The notes beneath the pieces were generated by a model. It saw only the letters and a program-made list of their open reading frames with translations. It searched no databases and was not told where the DNA came from. From a virus (Duplodnaviria; Caudoviricetes), in IMG/VR virus record IMGVR_UViG_3300030511_000001, positions 17,634 through 81,633 of that record: a DNA stretch of 64,000 nucleotides; one strand, written 5' to 3'. Below, one piece after another: positions 35,901 to 44,577 of this stretch. Made by a program: the position numbers and the translations under genes. The stretch's first letter is position 1, and every line of letters begins with the position of its first letter.

Positions 35901-38688
35901 GCGCCGTTCGATCGACCCGTACGCCGGAAACAAGGTGGAGCTCGAAAACCTCGCCGACGAGACGGCGCGGGTGAAGGTGCTTCAGGCCGAGCAGCAGCAT
36001 CATGCCGTCCTCGAGGCCATCACACGCGAGATCGCCACGCAGACCGCCACGCTCGAGCGCCAGGCGGCGCAGGCCGAGAAGAACGTCGAGGTGACGCGCG
36101 CTCAGGTCGAGGCCGAGCGTCTGCGCTCGCGCGAGATTCAGACCGTGGCAGACGTGCAGCGCATCGCGCAGGCCGATCGGCTCGCGGCGGAGGCGGAGTT
36201 TCAGGCGCGTCGCGTAGAGCTCGAGGCGCAGGCCGAGCAGCAGATCGCCGAACAGCGCGCGACCGCCATGGCCTCGCTCAAGCGCCTCATGACCGGCAAC
36301 GGCACGGCCGAGGACATCGCGTCGATCAAAACGGCGCAGGAGCGCATCGCGGCCATCCAGCGGACGACCGCGGCGACGATCGCCGCCGACCGCGCGAAGC
36401 TCGAGGGGCAAATTTCGAAGATCGTGATCGACGCGGAGACGAACCGCATCAAGGTCACGAATCAGCTCCGCGGCAATCAGCGCGCGCAGCAGCTCGCGCA
36501 GGCGTACTCGGAAGCACAGACGCTCGCCGAGGTGATGCGGGCGACGGCGGCGGAGGCGCAGGGCGCCGCGAACATGGGCCTCGCCGTCACCGCCGGCGCC
36601 GTCGCCACGGCCGCCGCGGCTTCAGCCGCGGTGTTCAAAGCAGAGCTGGAGAAGCTGCTCAAGCTCCTCGACAAGATTTCGTCCTGGTGGCAGACGTTCG
36701 CGCAGAACATGGCGAACGCCGTGGGGACCGCCTTCGACACGCTCTCTCGCGGCGGGAAGTTGTCCGACGTTTTCAAAGCGATCGGGGACAGCTTCCGCAC
36801 CACCATGATCGACGCCGTTCAGGCGTGGATCAACGACTACACGTCGAAGCTCGCATTCGCAGCCGAGGGCAAGGATTCGAACGGCAACGTCATCGAGTCC
36901 GGCGCCGGCGCCATGGGGAGCAAAGAGCAGAAGGGCGCGCTCGCGAAAATGGGCGCCGCCCAGGTCGCGCAGGCCGGCTTCAGCGGCTACGCGGCGGGCC
37001 GCGGCAACGGTCAGGCCACGATGAGCGCGGCGCTCGCGGCGTTCGGCACGTACGCGTCGACGGGCAACATCTACGTGGCGATCGCCGCGGCCATCGCTTC
37101 GCTCATCGGCTCCGCGCTCAGCGCCCAGGCGAAACAGAAAGACTACAAGTGGGGGATGCCGACGTTCGGCGCAAACGGGCGCGTCGACGTGTACGCGAAT
37201 AAGAACATTCTCGACAGCGAGCGGGAGATGATGGTCTCCAAGTTCCAGAACGCGGTGAACGATAACTGGAACTCCTGGGTGAACATCCTCCTGAAGCTCC
37301 CGGGCGCGAACATCCCCAACATCAGCAAACTCGTGCCCACGGCGAACGATCCCATTCGCTACGTGCAGGAGCGGCCGTCCGCGAACTTCATGAAGCACTG
37401 GGACGAGTATCTTGCGAACGACCTCCCCAAATACATCGCCGGCAAGTTCAAAGACTCGCTGAAGGAAGCGTTCACCGGCGCGATGGAGTCGCTGACCCGC
37501 GGCCCGATCACGGCGGACGTGAAGAAGGCGCTCGGTGCCCAGTTTGAAAAGTTCTGGACGGAGGCGGAACGGCTCGACCAGTCGACGCGGAAACAGTTCT
37601 GGTCCGACATGGCGGACGGCTTCGTGGCCTTCGCCAATGCGGCGCGCCGCATGGAGAACGTGAACAAGGCGCTCCGGAACCTCGGGCAGACCCGCTTCGA
37701 TGAGAACGGCGATTTCAAGATCAGCGGCGACTCGGATTTCGTGTCGTGGCTGAAGGCCGGCACGCAGGGCATCTACGACCAGGCGCGCGCCATGGTCAAC
37801 CTCACCGGGCCGGAGCGCGTCGCGGCGTTCAAAGCCCTCGGCCAGTCCGTCGAGGGCGTGACGAAGGCTCTCAGCGAGTACATCGCCCACATCGCCGACG
37901 TGCTGCGCCAGCTCAAACAGTCGTTCCACGACGCGCGGTATCAGATGGACCTCCACCGCGCCGGCGAAGTGCGCGACGCGAACGGCAACGTGATCCACGA
38001 AGCCGACCGCAACGCCATGGCCCGCATCATGGAGGCCGAATACAACCGCCTGATGAACCGCATCAACAATGCGGCGGCGCTCGGGCTGACGGCTGACGAA
38101 GTTGCGGCGGACACGCAGCGCGCGATGTCGATCCTCAACGACATCTACATGCTCGACCCGACCGAGGCGGCCTATGAGTGGTGGCTCGCGCAGATGGCGG
38201 CGCTCGAGGCCGCGAGCACCGCGGCACTTCAGGAGCTCGGCGACCTTGCCCGCGATGCGGTCACGGCACTGATCGAGTCGCTGCAGCCGTTCGTGGATTG
38301 GTTCAACGGGCTGCCGGTGGACCTCGCCGCGGCGCAGGCGCTCCTCACCGGTCCCGCCGGCGCGTTCGCGGGCTTCGCCGAGGCGCTGGCCGACCTCACC
38401 GAGCGCGTGAAGGAAACGCTGCCGCCGGGCGGCGGTACGACTCCTCCCGGTGGCGGTATTGATCCTCCCGGGCGCGATGACGACGACGGCGTGCGCCATC
38501 AGAACCTCTCGACGGGCGGCGGGTTCACGGCGATGTCGTCGGCTGCGGTCGTCGATAACTCGGGTGGCGACACCTACAACTTCTACTTTGGAAACGTCTA
38601 CGGCGTCGACGAGCTGCAGCAGGTCGTCACCGATGCCGTGCAGTCGGTCGCGCGGAACAACCCCAACAAGCTCCGGAGGGACTGGTAA
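32947..38688 (+). CDS. tape measure protein
   Basis: 1913 aa, Ala-rich helical repeats, internal DP.QRA..AI..G repeats; follows the chaperones. Confidence 0.9.
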   Translation: MDIVQGVRIEVSTRGADRIAQVGRQIDDLTGKLSKLNGASLSGLNGALNAAAQAAAGILKTVTKVSEDVARSTSRMTQQAVREAQTSAKERARQETIVAKEAERTAKLQEAAAQRAAKEQERASARAAKAAEQAAKQAEAAEWRKLLAAERVAQRQARAAEEAAAAVKKAADAAAREQEKAAKKAADIIEREAARAAKAAAKEAEKQKKAAEEMAKATAAAARSLGNTTAGKGTPGGRDAIAEMGLSIKQLQSMSPTKAFNEVKNAIMQISDPTQRASMAIRIFGDEGRRLGPQLEFGVKELKILDAAARKAKEPVDELADALKRLGKSTNDLEKLEALRTLGLNPEQIIKGKPEAALVAIQMALRGVKDPAQRAQLAIALLGQAGKKMADEMNQGSAILKFFGQVLGGLFPGLIGGNILANLLTMAILKVIDAVKWLADKMIEAVKMGVTYNSFLRETELGIASLVMTYGKWIDAQGNVVASTRAFALSQVLAKDVLEQARVAALETTATFPEMTRALQEGMGPALQAGLNPDNIVKFTQAMTQAAGAIGLPFDQLGQEIRGVLEFDLSRNSRIARMLFQGMGKSADELRNQFNAMTASAKFDYLMEKLKAFSAAGEALARTPKGAMSNLKDAIEQMMGEGTTQLTKDFTEAVLQLSQSFLITGTNGKKAFDPTLIQAIKDAYKAVDEFGMQLLDLAETWAALNGQSIKFEGETTFERLADAVRQVTHDLRELMAMYKEFKELGPIERAMPWAPLTAAKRGEQRVAEEDEWLKGIADPNVAKYIAQHMESEDDRKWIRDNIGWLKKFQAGNMPEPAEGAGFNTSDVPDMYLPAGKPDNAETAQKILVTQKQVEAAQIQAQLAGTGNALARERLQLEIGILNASEKLAKSKIDIEKAEGSTAQKAAMTALAQQMADAEKTQARRGYELATERIAKQEADQVAAQREQLDLLRQQLGTAGELSALVKERVDHDARLASIEAERQAQRRSIDPYAGNKVELENLADETARVKVLQAEQQHHAVLEAITREIATQTATLERQAAQAEKNVEVTRAQVEAERLRSREIQTVADVQRIAQADRLAAEAEFQARRVELEAQAEQQIAEQRATAMASLKRLMTGNGTAEDIASIKTAQERIAAIQRTTAATIAADRAKLEGQISKIVIDAETNRIKVTNQLRGNQRAQQLAQAYSEAQTLAEVMRATAAEAQGAANMGLAVTAGAVATAAAASAAVFKAELEKLLKLLDKISSWWQTFAQNMANAVGTAFDTLSRGGKLSDVFKAIGDSFRTTMIDAVQAWINDYTSKLAFAAEGKDSNGNVIESGAGAMGSKEQKGALAKMGAAQVAQAGFSGYAAGRGNGQATMSAALAAFGTYASTGNIYVAIAAAIASLIGSALSAQAKQKDYKWGMPTFGANGRVDVYANKNILDSEREMMVSKFQNAVNDNWNSWVNILLKLPGANIPNISKLVPTANDPIRYVQERPSANFMKHWDEYLANDLPKYIAGKFKDSLKEAFTGAMESLTRGPITADVKKALGAQFEKFWTEAERLDQSTRKQFWSDMADGFVAFANAARRMENVNKALRNLGQTRFDENGDFKISGDSDFVSWLKAGTQGIYDQARAMVNLTGPERVAAFKALGQSVEGVTKALSEYIAHIADVLRQLKQSFHDARYQMDLHRAGEVRDANGNVIHEADRNAMARIMEAEYNRLMNRINNAAALGLTADEVAADTQRAMSILNDIYMLDPTEAAYEWWLAQMAALEAASTAALQELGDLARDAVTALIESLQPFVDWFNGLPVDLAAAQALLTGPAGAFAGFAEALADLTERVKETLPPGGGTTPPGGGIDPPGRDDDDGVRHQNLSTGGGFTAMSSAAVVDNSGGDTYNFYFGNVYGVDELQQVVTDAVQSVARNNPNKLRRDW

Positions 38689-39212
38689 TGCTCGCACTCG
38701 AGCTCATCGCATGGCTTCTCGCCGCGTATGTCGTGACGTCGGCGTTCGAATACTTTCCGCACCGGTGGGTGATGCACAGTCGGCAGCTCGCGCGCCGTGT
38801 CGGCTCTGCGCGTCTAGCCGAGGAGTTCGAATCGCACGCGACGCTCCACCATGGACGATTCTTCGGCCCGCGCTCGTTCACCACGTGCGCCGACCCGGCC
38901 GCGCGGTACGTGTCGATCGACACCGGCGCGCTCTACATGCTCGGAAAGACGTGGTGGGTGTGGCTGCCGCTGGCTGCGGTGTCGCTCATCGGCGCCGGCG
39001 TGCTCGCCGCCTTCTTCGCCGCGCATGGCGCGCTCTGGACGGCGGTCCATCGCGAGATGCACTACCCGAGCGGCCGCTGGTTTGCGCGGTCGTCCGCCTA
39101 TCGCTTCTGGCACCGCTATCACGAGACGCATCACGACCGTCACGGCACGAACTTCAACGTGCTTTGCCCGGGCTTCGACCACCTGTTCGGGACGTACGGA
39201 GGGCTCGCGTAG
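38688..39212 (+). CDS. fatty acid hydroxylase / sterol desaturase family protein
   Basis: His boxes HRWVMH, HATLHH, HREMH, HRYHETHH; NFNVLCPGFDHLFGT; TM segments. Confidence 0.8.
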   Translation: MLALELIAWLLAAYVVTSAFEYFPHRWVMHSRQLARRVGSARLAEEFESHATLHHGRFFGPRSFTTCADPAARYVSIDTGALYMLGKTWWVWLPLAAVSLIGAGVLAAFFAAHGALWTAVHREMHYPSGRWFARSSAYRFWHRYHETHHDRHGTNFNVLCPGFDHLFGTYGGLA

Positions 39213-39812
39213 ATGCGCAGCGTCACGGGGCTCAACGGGCAGCACACCGCCGGCGAAAACAACGCGCCGGTGTCGCTCGTCGCGCTCGAGATTCCGGATA
39301 ACCCGTTCTACATCACCGACATCGATGACGAGTTCGGAGACATCTTCCTGAACCGCACGACCGGCGCGATGCAGAACGTGTGGGCGGACGGCTTCACGCA
39401 GTTCGTGCCGCATGCCGGCCTGCGCGTGCCCGCCTTCTCGCTGACGGATCAGACGATTCAGGACGACCTCACGATCTCGCTGGCGAACGAAAACCGCGCG
39501 TGGTTTCAGGTGCTCGCGGAGAACGCCTACCGCGATGCACTCGTGACGGTGTGGCAGGGGCAGCTCAACGTCGCGCCGATCGCGATGGTGCCCGAGGCCA
39601 TGGCCTTCGCGCCTGGCACCGTGAAGATGTACGTCGGCCGCATCTCCGGAAACATGAACGTGACGCGCGAGGTGGTGACGATCCTCGTGAAGCCGCACGT
39701 CGTGCCGTTCACGGTGACGATCCCCTACCGCATCCACGACGCGACCACGTTCCGCCGCATGCCCAAAGCCGGCCGCAAGCTCACGTGGGGCTACACGGAA
39801 AGGACGGAGTAG
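39213..39812 (+). CDS. putative baseplate hub/distal tail protein
   Basis: Position; beta-rich 199 aa. Confidence 0.55.
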   Translation: MRSVTGLNGQHTAGENNAPVSLVALEIPDNPFYITDIDDEFGDIFLNRTTGAMQNVWADGFTQFVPHAGLRVPAFSLTDQTIQDDLTISLANENRAWFQVLAENAYRDALVTVWQGQLNVAPIAMVPEAMAFAPGTVKMYVGRISGNMNVTREVVTILVKPHVVPFTVTIPYRIHDATTFRRMPKAGRKLTWGYTERTE

Positions 39813-39814
39813 CG

Positions 39815-40507
39815 ATGCCGCGCAACTACATCCCCGCCTTTCCCGACATCCGCGGCCAGCGGTACGAGCGCGTCCTCATCAGCGAGACGCAGACCTCGCC
39901 GCTCGACACGGCGGCCGACCTGCGCGGCATCACCGGCAGCGTCATCACCTCCGGCGCCGAGGGTGAGGTGCGCACGCCGACCGTCCGCCGCTACCGCTTC
40001 CGCCTCGGGTGGGACTATCTGACCACCGAGGAGGCCGTCGACGTCGAGTACGCCGCGGTGGAGCTCTGCGCCGATGGCAACGGCGTTTGCCCGTTCATCG
40101 AGTGGGAACCGACGTCGGAGCTCGAGTATCCGGGCGATCTGTTCGCGCTGTGGCCTGGAAAGGTCACGGGCGCCACGCCGTACGTCGGGCCGTTTCACTG
40201 GTGGGACTTCGACCCCGCGTACGTGTCGATCGTCCCGGCGCTCGGCGAAGATCCCGTGTTCGCCACGCTGACGTCGGACGACACGTGGCTCGGGAACATC
40301 CCCACGTTCAGCGTCGCTGCGCCGGCGCACGCGCGGTACTACGCGACGCTCTATGCGCCCCTGTTCCATGCGCCGCGGCGCATTCGTCTCGTGACGATCG
40401 AGCCGGGCACGTACATCCGTGACAAGTCGAAGATTCCCGATCGTTGGGCGGTGAGCGTGACGCTCGTCGAGAAGGAGACCGGCATCGCGCCGGGCTACGC
40501 ACGATGA
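39815..40507 (+). CDS. putative distal tail protein (DUF2460-like paralog)
   Basis: RRYRFRLGWDYL...PFIEW motif shared with the next gene. Confidence 0.55.
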   Translation: MPRNYIPAFPDIRGQRYERVLISETQTSPLDTAADLRGITGSVITSGAEGEVRTPTVRRYRFRLGWDYLTTEEAVDVEYAAVELCADGNGVCPFIEWEPTSELEYPGDLFALWPGKVTGATPYVGPFHWWDFDPAYVSIVPALGEDPVFATLTSDDTWLGNIPTFSVAAPAHARYYATLYAPLFHAPRRIRLVTIEPGTYIRDKSKIPDRWAVSVTLVEKETGIAPGYAR

Positions 40508-41130
40508 GCGCATTTCCTGACATCACGCCGGCGTCCATGAACGTCGGAAGCCGGTACCGCGCCGTGCCGCTGTGGGGCCCGCGCTCGGTGCTCAGCCGCG
40601 GCGGGGCGCAGTTCACGGCCTTCCGGAAGTTCCGGCGGCCGCGCTATGCCTTTGAGCTCGCGTGGACGCATCTCGAGCTCGCGACCGCGCGCGAGATCGC
40701 GCAGCACATCACCGATCAGCACGTGACGCTGCTGCCGTTCGATTGGTTCGACTGGTATCCGTTCTGGTGGCGCTCGGTGTTCGTCGGCATCGGCGACGGC
40801 GCGACGACGCAGTGGGTGCTCCCCGCGAAGGACGTCACCGACGTGACGATCTATGTGGGCGGCGCGACGTCCGCCGGCGGCACCGACCGCACGTTCATCG
40901 GCGGCAATCAGCTTTTCCGAATCGGGCCGAATTTCGAGGACGGCGTCTCGCTCTTTGCGCCGCCCGCGCTCGGCCGCCCGATTTGGGCCTACTTCCGCGG
41001 CCGTCGCCGCTGGAACGTGACGATCGAGGCCGACATGCAGGGCGCGATGACGCGCGATCTCGAGACGGGCACCTACGCGGTCTCGATGCGCCTGATGCAG
41101 ACGAAGCCGGCGCCGGCGGGGGTGGTGTAG
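40504..41130 (+). CDS. distal tail protein, DUF2460-like
   Basis: PRYAFELAW...PFDWFDW...GIGDGATTQW.L. Confidence 0.65.
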   Translation: MSAFPDITPASMNVGSRYRAVPLWGPRSVLSRGGAQFTAFRKFRRPRYAFELAWTHLELATAREIAQHITDQHVTLLPFDWFDWYPFWWRSVFVGIGDGATTQWVLPAKDVTDVTIYVGGATSAGGTDRTFIGGNQLFRIGPNFEDGVSLFAPPALGRPIWAYFRGRRRWNVTIEADMQGAMTRDLETGTYAVSMRLMQTKPAPAGVV

Positions 41131-41133
41131 GCC

Positions 41134-44100
41134 ATGGCGTTCAACGACCGTTTCCGCCGCAACCCCGACCCGCCGGAGCCCGGCCCGGGCGGCATCGCCA
41201 CGCGCCGCGGCGGCGTCGACCCGGCCAACGTCATCCGCCGGAACATCTACGCTGTCAATCCGCGGCCGTGGATTCCCGGCGCCGGACCTCCGGCCGCCAC
41301 GCCGACGCAGCGGACGTTCCACGATCCGCGCGAGTACACGGGCACGTTCAGCGCGGCGGGGCTGCCGATCGACATTGCGCTCGGCCGATGCCTTCAGCCG
41401 GTCACGAAACTGATCTATGAGGAGTCGTGGAACAACTTCACGACGCTCACATGGATCGTCTCGCTTTGTGAGGGCCCGATTCAGTCGATTCAGCCGGTCG
41501 TCGACGACAAACCGCTGCGTCTCGTCTCGGGCAGCTTCACGAATCCGAACGGCACGAAGTTCGTCGACGAGTCGGGCTTCATCCAGGTCTATTGCTACGA
41601 CGGCTCGCAAACCTCGCTCGCGTCGTCGGGCCTCGGCTCGTTCGATCCGCTCGCGGCCGCGGAGGAGGTGCACACCGGCCTCGCGCTGGCCGTCGTGTTC
41701 ATCACGTTCGACCCCGAGAAGATGAACACCGCGCCGAACATGACGTGGATTCTCGAGGGCTACCGCCTCTGCAAAGACCCCGTCGACGGCGTGCAGCGTT
41801 ACTCGCCCTATCCGGCGGTGCATGCGCGCGAGCTGCTGGTGAACAAGACGTGGGGCATTCAGATGCCCGACGACACGCTCCACCTCGACGACCACCTGAC
41901 GAACCTCGGCGGGTGGGGCCGCGCGCGCAACGACTGCGCGATCGCCATCTTCCCGCCGAAGCCGTCGAACCCCGTGACCCTCGCCAACGGCGGCGCCGGC
42001 AGCATCCCTGCCGGGAGCTACTACTACACCTTCACCAGCGTGACCGGCGACGGCATCGAGACGCTGGAATCGCCGGTCTCGAGCGTCATCACGTTCGGCA
42101 CGGCGAGCCGCGTCACCGTCACCGTTCCCGCCGGCGGCGCGGGAACGAGCTCGCGCAACATCTACCGCAACGCCGTGAGCGGTGTGCAGACGCCGCGCTA
42201 CCTCGTCGGCACGATCGCGAACAACACCGCGGGCGCGACCCTCAGCGACAACACGCCGAACACGGTGCTGCTCGCGAATGGAGCCACGGCGCCCGTCGTC
42301 GCGCCGCGGCCGGAGCGGTATGTCTCGGGAATCCTCATCTCGCGCCAGGCGAACGGGCAGGACTGGCTGGACACGATCCTCGCGCACTTCGCGGGGAAGG
42401 TCACGATGGACAACGGGCGCTATCAGTGCCGCGTCGATCAGAAGCTCGACGCCGGCTACACGCCGATGGTCCTCCGCGACGAGATGCACGACGACGGGAC
42501 GAACGTCCTGCCGGCGAACGTCGATCCGCTCACCGTCGAGGTGTGGCGCAAGGATGAGACGGAACTGTTCAACGTAGTCACCATCAACTACCTCGACAGC
42601 AACAACAACTTTCAGCCGGCCAGCATCACGATCAAGCGCGACAAGGTGAAGGCGCTCCTCGAGCGGCCGCGCGTGGCGACGTACGAACTGCCGGGATGCC
42701 CGGACAAGAATCAGGCACTCCGCATCGGCACGCTCTATCTGAACCGCGCGTGGGATGACCTGCTGTGGCGCATCCGCGGCGATCGCTCGGTGCTCGCTCT
42801 GCAGCCCGGTCTGGACGTCGCCGAACTGCGCATCGGCGGCCTCGTGTTCGATGGTCGCGCGCTGAAGCTCTCCACGGACGGCGACGCCTTCATGCTCGAG
42901 GGCGAGGAGTATCACGAGGAGAGCTACGCGGAGCTCGTCCAGAACGAGGACACGCCGATCGGCACGACGATCCCCGACCCGAGCTCGACGCCGCCGAACC
43001 CGACGAACTGCAACGTGCAGGAGGTGCCCGCCGAGGACGGCAGCGGCGCCGGCGCCTACTTCCTCGTGACCTTCACGCCGGGGCTCACCCCGTACTACCG
43101 CTCCACGCGCGTCGTCGTGAACGACGGCCTGAACACGTATGTGGCGGCCGAGCAGGAGAACGGCCCGGTGCCGATCCGGAACCTGCGCCGCGGCTTCCCG
43201 CACCTCATCACGCTCTACACGCTGACCGATCGCGGTACGCGCATCTCGACGGGCGTCACGCTCGGCCCGATCACGCCGCAGCTCCTCGGCCCCATCGTGC
43301 CGGACGTCCTGAACCTGGCCGCGCCGTTCGACACGCACGAGCGCCGCGGCACCATCACGTGCACGCTGCCGCCGTACGTCGGCATCGACCACATCGAGGT
43401 TTTCGACAACTTCGGGAACCCCGTCGTGCCGCCGCGTATCGCATCGGTGCCCGCGTCGACCGTCTCGACCGGCGCGCCGATCGACCTCAAAGCGTTCATC
43501 CACGGCGACGGCTACGCGAACGATCAGGTGTTTTCGATCATCGTGAAGGTCGTCAACTCGTTCGGCGACAAGTCGCCGGGCATCCCGATTTCGTGGACGA
43601 TCAAACAGAACGGCACCGCGGCGTACACGGTCGGCTTCGATCCGCGCGACGTCACGTTCGACGGCTCCGCGGTGTGGGTGGCGAATCACAACGGCGGGAA
43701 CGTTCAGCGGATCAAGCGATCGACCGGAACGGTGGATCTGACGGTGAACGTCGGCTCGAAGCCGTACGGCATCCTCTACGAGAGCGGCCGCATTTGGGTG
43801 GCGAACTATGGCTCCGACACCGTGACGTACATGAACACGGACGGCTCGAGCGTCGGCACTCTGAGCCTCGCCGCCGGCGACGGGCCTCTCGGGCTGATCG
43901 CCTACACCAACAGCACGGGCGAGCGGCGCATCGTCGTGAGCTGCCACAAGACGAACCGCGTGAAGATCATCGACCCCGTGGGCCTGTCGGTGACGGGCAC
44001 GGTCATCAACGTCGGACGGAAGCCGTGTTTCATGTACGTCGTCGACGTCAACGGCGAAGCGCGCCGGTACGTCGCGAACTATCTCGATAACACGGTCAGC

Positions 44101-44562
44101 GTCATCTTCGGCTCTGCGGTCATCGCCACCATCCCGGTCGGACAGGGACCGTTCGGCATCACTTACGACGGCTCGCGCCTGTGGGTGTGCAACTACGCCG
44201 ACTCTTCGCTCACGCTGATCGACCCAGTGACGAATTCGGTCATCGCGACCATCCCGCTCGGCACGCGCACGGGCCCCACCGATGCCTCGTACGTCGACGG
44301 CTACGTGTGGGTGACGGAGGCCCAGGCGCGCCAGGTCACGCGCGTGAACACCGCGACGCTGCGGCCGACCGCGCACGACCCGATGCCGTCCTCGCCGCGT
44401 TCGATCATGTACGACGGCACCGACCTCTGGATGCCGCTGAATCTGAACGCCTCGAGCAGCGTTGTGCCCGTGACGGTCACGAACCCCGCGCCTGGCGGCG
44501 GCACGTCCGCCCCCGTGAACTTCACCATCCTCGGCGTCGATCCGTCGCCGCTGCCGACGTAG
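41134..44562 (+). CDS. tail tip / central fibre protein with C-terminal YVTN-like beta-propeller
   Basis: LCEGPIQSI, FNVVTINYLD..NNFQ, YELPGC..QALRIG tail-tip motifs; repeated WVANY..D.V blades. Confidence 0.8.
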   Translation: MAFNDRFRRNPDPPEPGPGGIATRRGGVDPANVIRRNIYAVNPRPWIPGAGPPAATPTQRTFHDPREYTGTFSAAGLPIDIALGRCLQPVTKLIYEESWNNFTTLTWIVSLCEGPIQSIQPVVDDKPLRLVSGSFTNPNGTKFVDESGFIQVYCYDGSQTSLASSGLGSFDPLAAAEEVHTGLALAVVFITFDPEKMNTAPNMTWILEGYRLCKDPVDGVQRYSPYPAVHARELLVNKTWGIQMPDDTLHLDDHLTNLGGWGRARNDCAIAIFPPKPSNPVTLANGGAGSIPAGSYYYTFTSVTGDGIETLESPVSSVITFGTASRVTVTVPAGGAGTSSRNIYRNAVSGVQTPRYLVGTIANNTAGATLSDNTPNTVLLANGATAPVVAPRPERYVSGILISRQANGQDWLDTILAHFAGKVTMDNGRYQCRVDQKLDAGYTPMVLRDEMHDDGTNVLPANVDPLTVEVWRKDETELFNVVTINYLDSNNNFQPASITIKRDKVKALLERPRVATYELPGCPDKNQALRIGTLYLNRAWDDLLWRIRGDRSVLALQPGLDVAELRIGGLVFDGRALKLSTDGDAFMLEGEEYHEESYAELVQNEDTPIGTTIPDPSSTPPNPTNCNVQEVPAEDGSGAGAYFLVTFTPGLTPYYRSTRVVVNDGLNTYVAAEQENGPVPIRNLRRGFPHLITLYTLTDRGTRISTGVTLGPITPQLLGPIVPDVLNLAAPFDTHERRGTITCTLPPYVGIDHIEVFDNFGNPVVPPRIASVPASTVSTGAPIDLKAFIHGDGYANDQVFSIIVKVVNSFGDKSPGIPISWTIKQNGTAAYTVGFDPRDVTFDGSAVWVANHNGGNVQRIKRSTGTVDLTVNVGSKPYGILYESGRIWVANYGSDTVTYMNTDGSSVGTLSLAAGDGPLGLIAYTNSTGERRIVVSCHKTNRVKIIDPVGLSVTGTVINVGRKPCFMYVVDVNGEARRYVANYLDNTVSVIFGSAVIATIPVGQGPFGITYDGSRLWVCNYADSSLTLIDPVTNSVIATIPLGTRTGPTDASYVDGYVWVTEAQARQVTRVNTATLRPTAHDPMPSSPRSIMYDGTDLWMPLNLNASSSVVPVTVTNPAPGGGTSAPVNFTILGVDPSPLPT

Positions 44563-44577
44563 AGAGGATTTCTAGAA

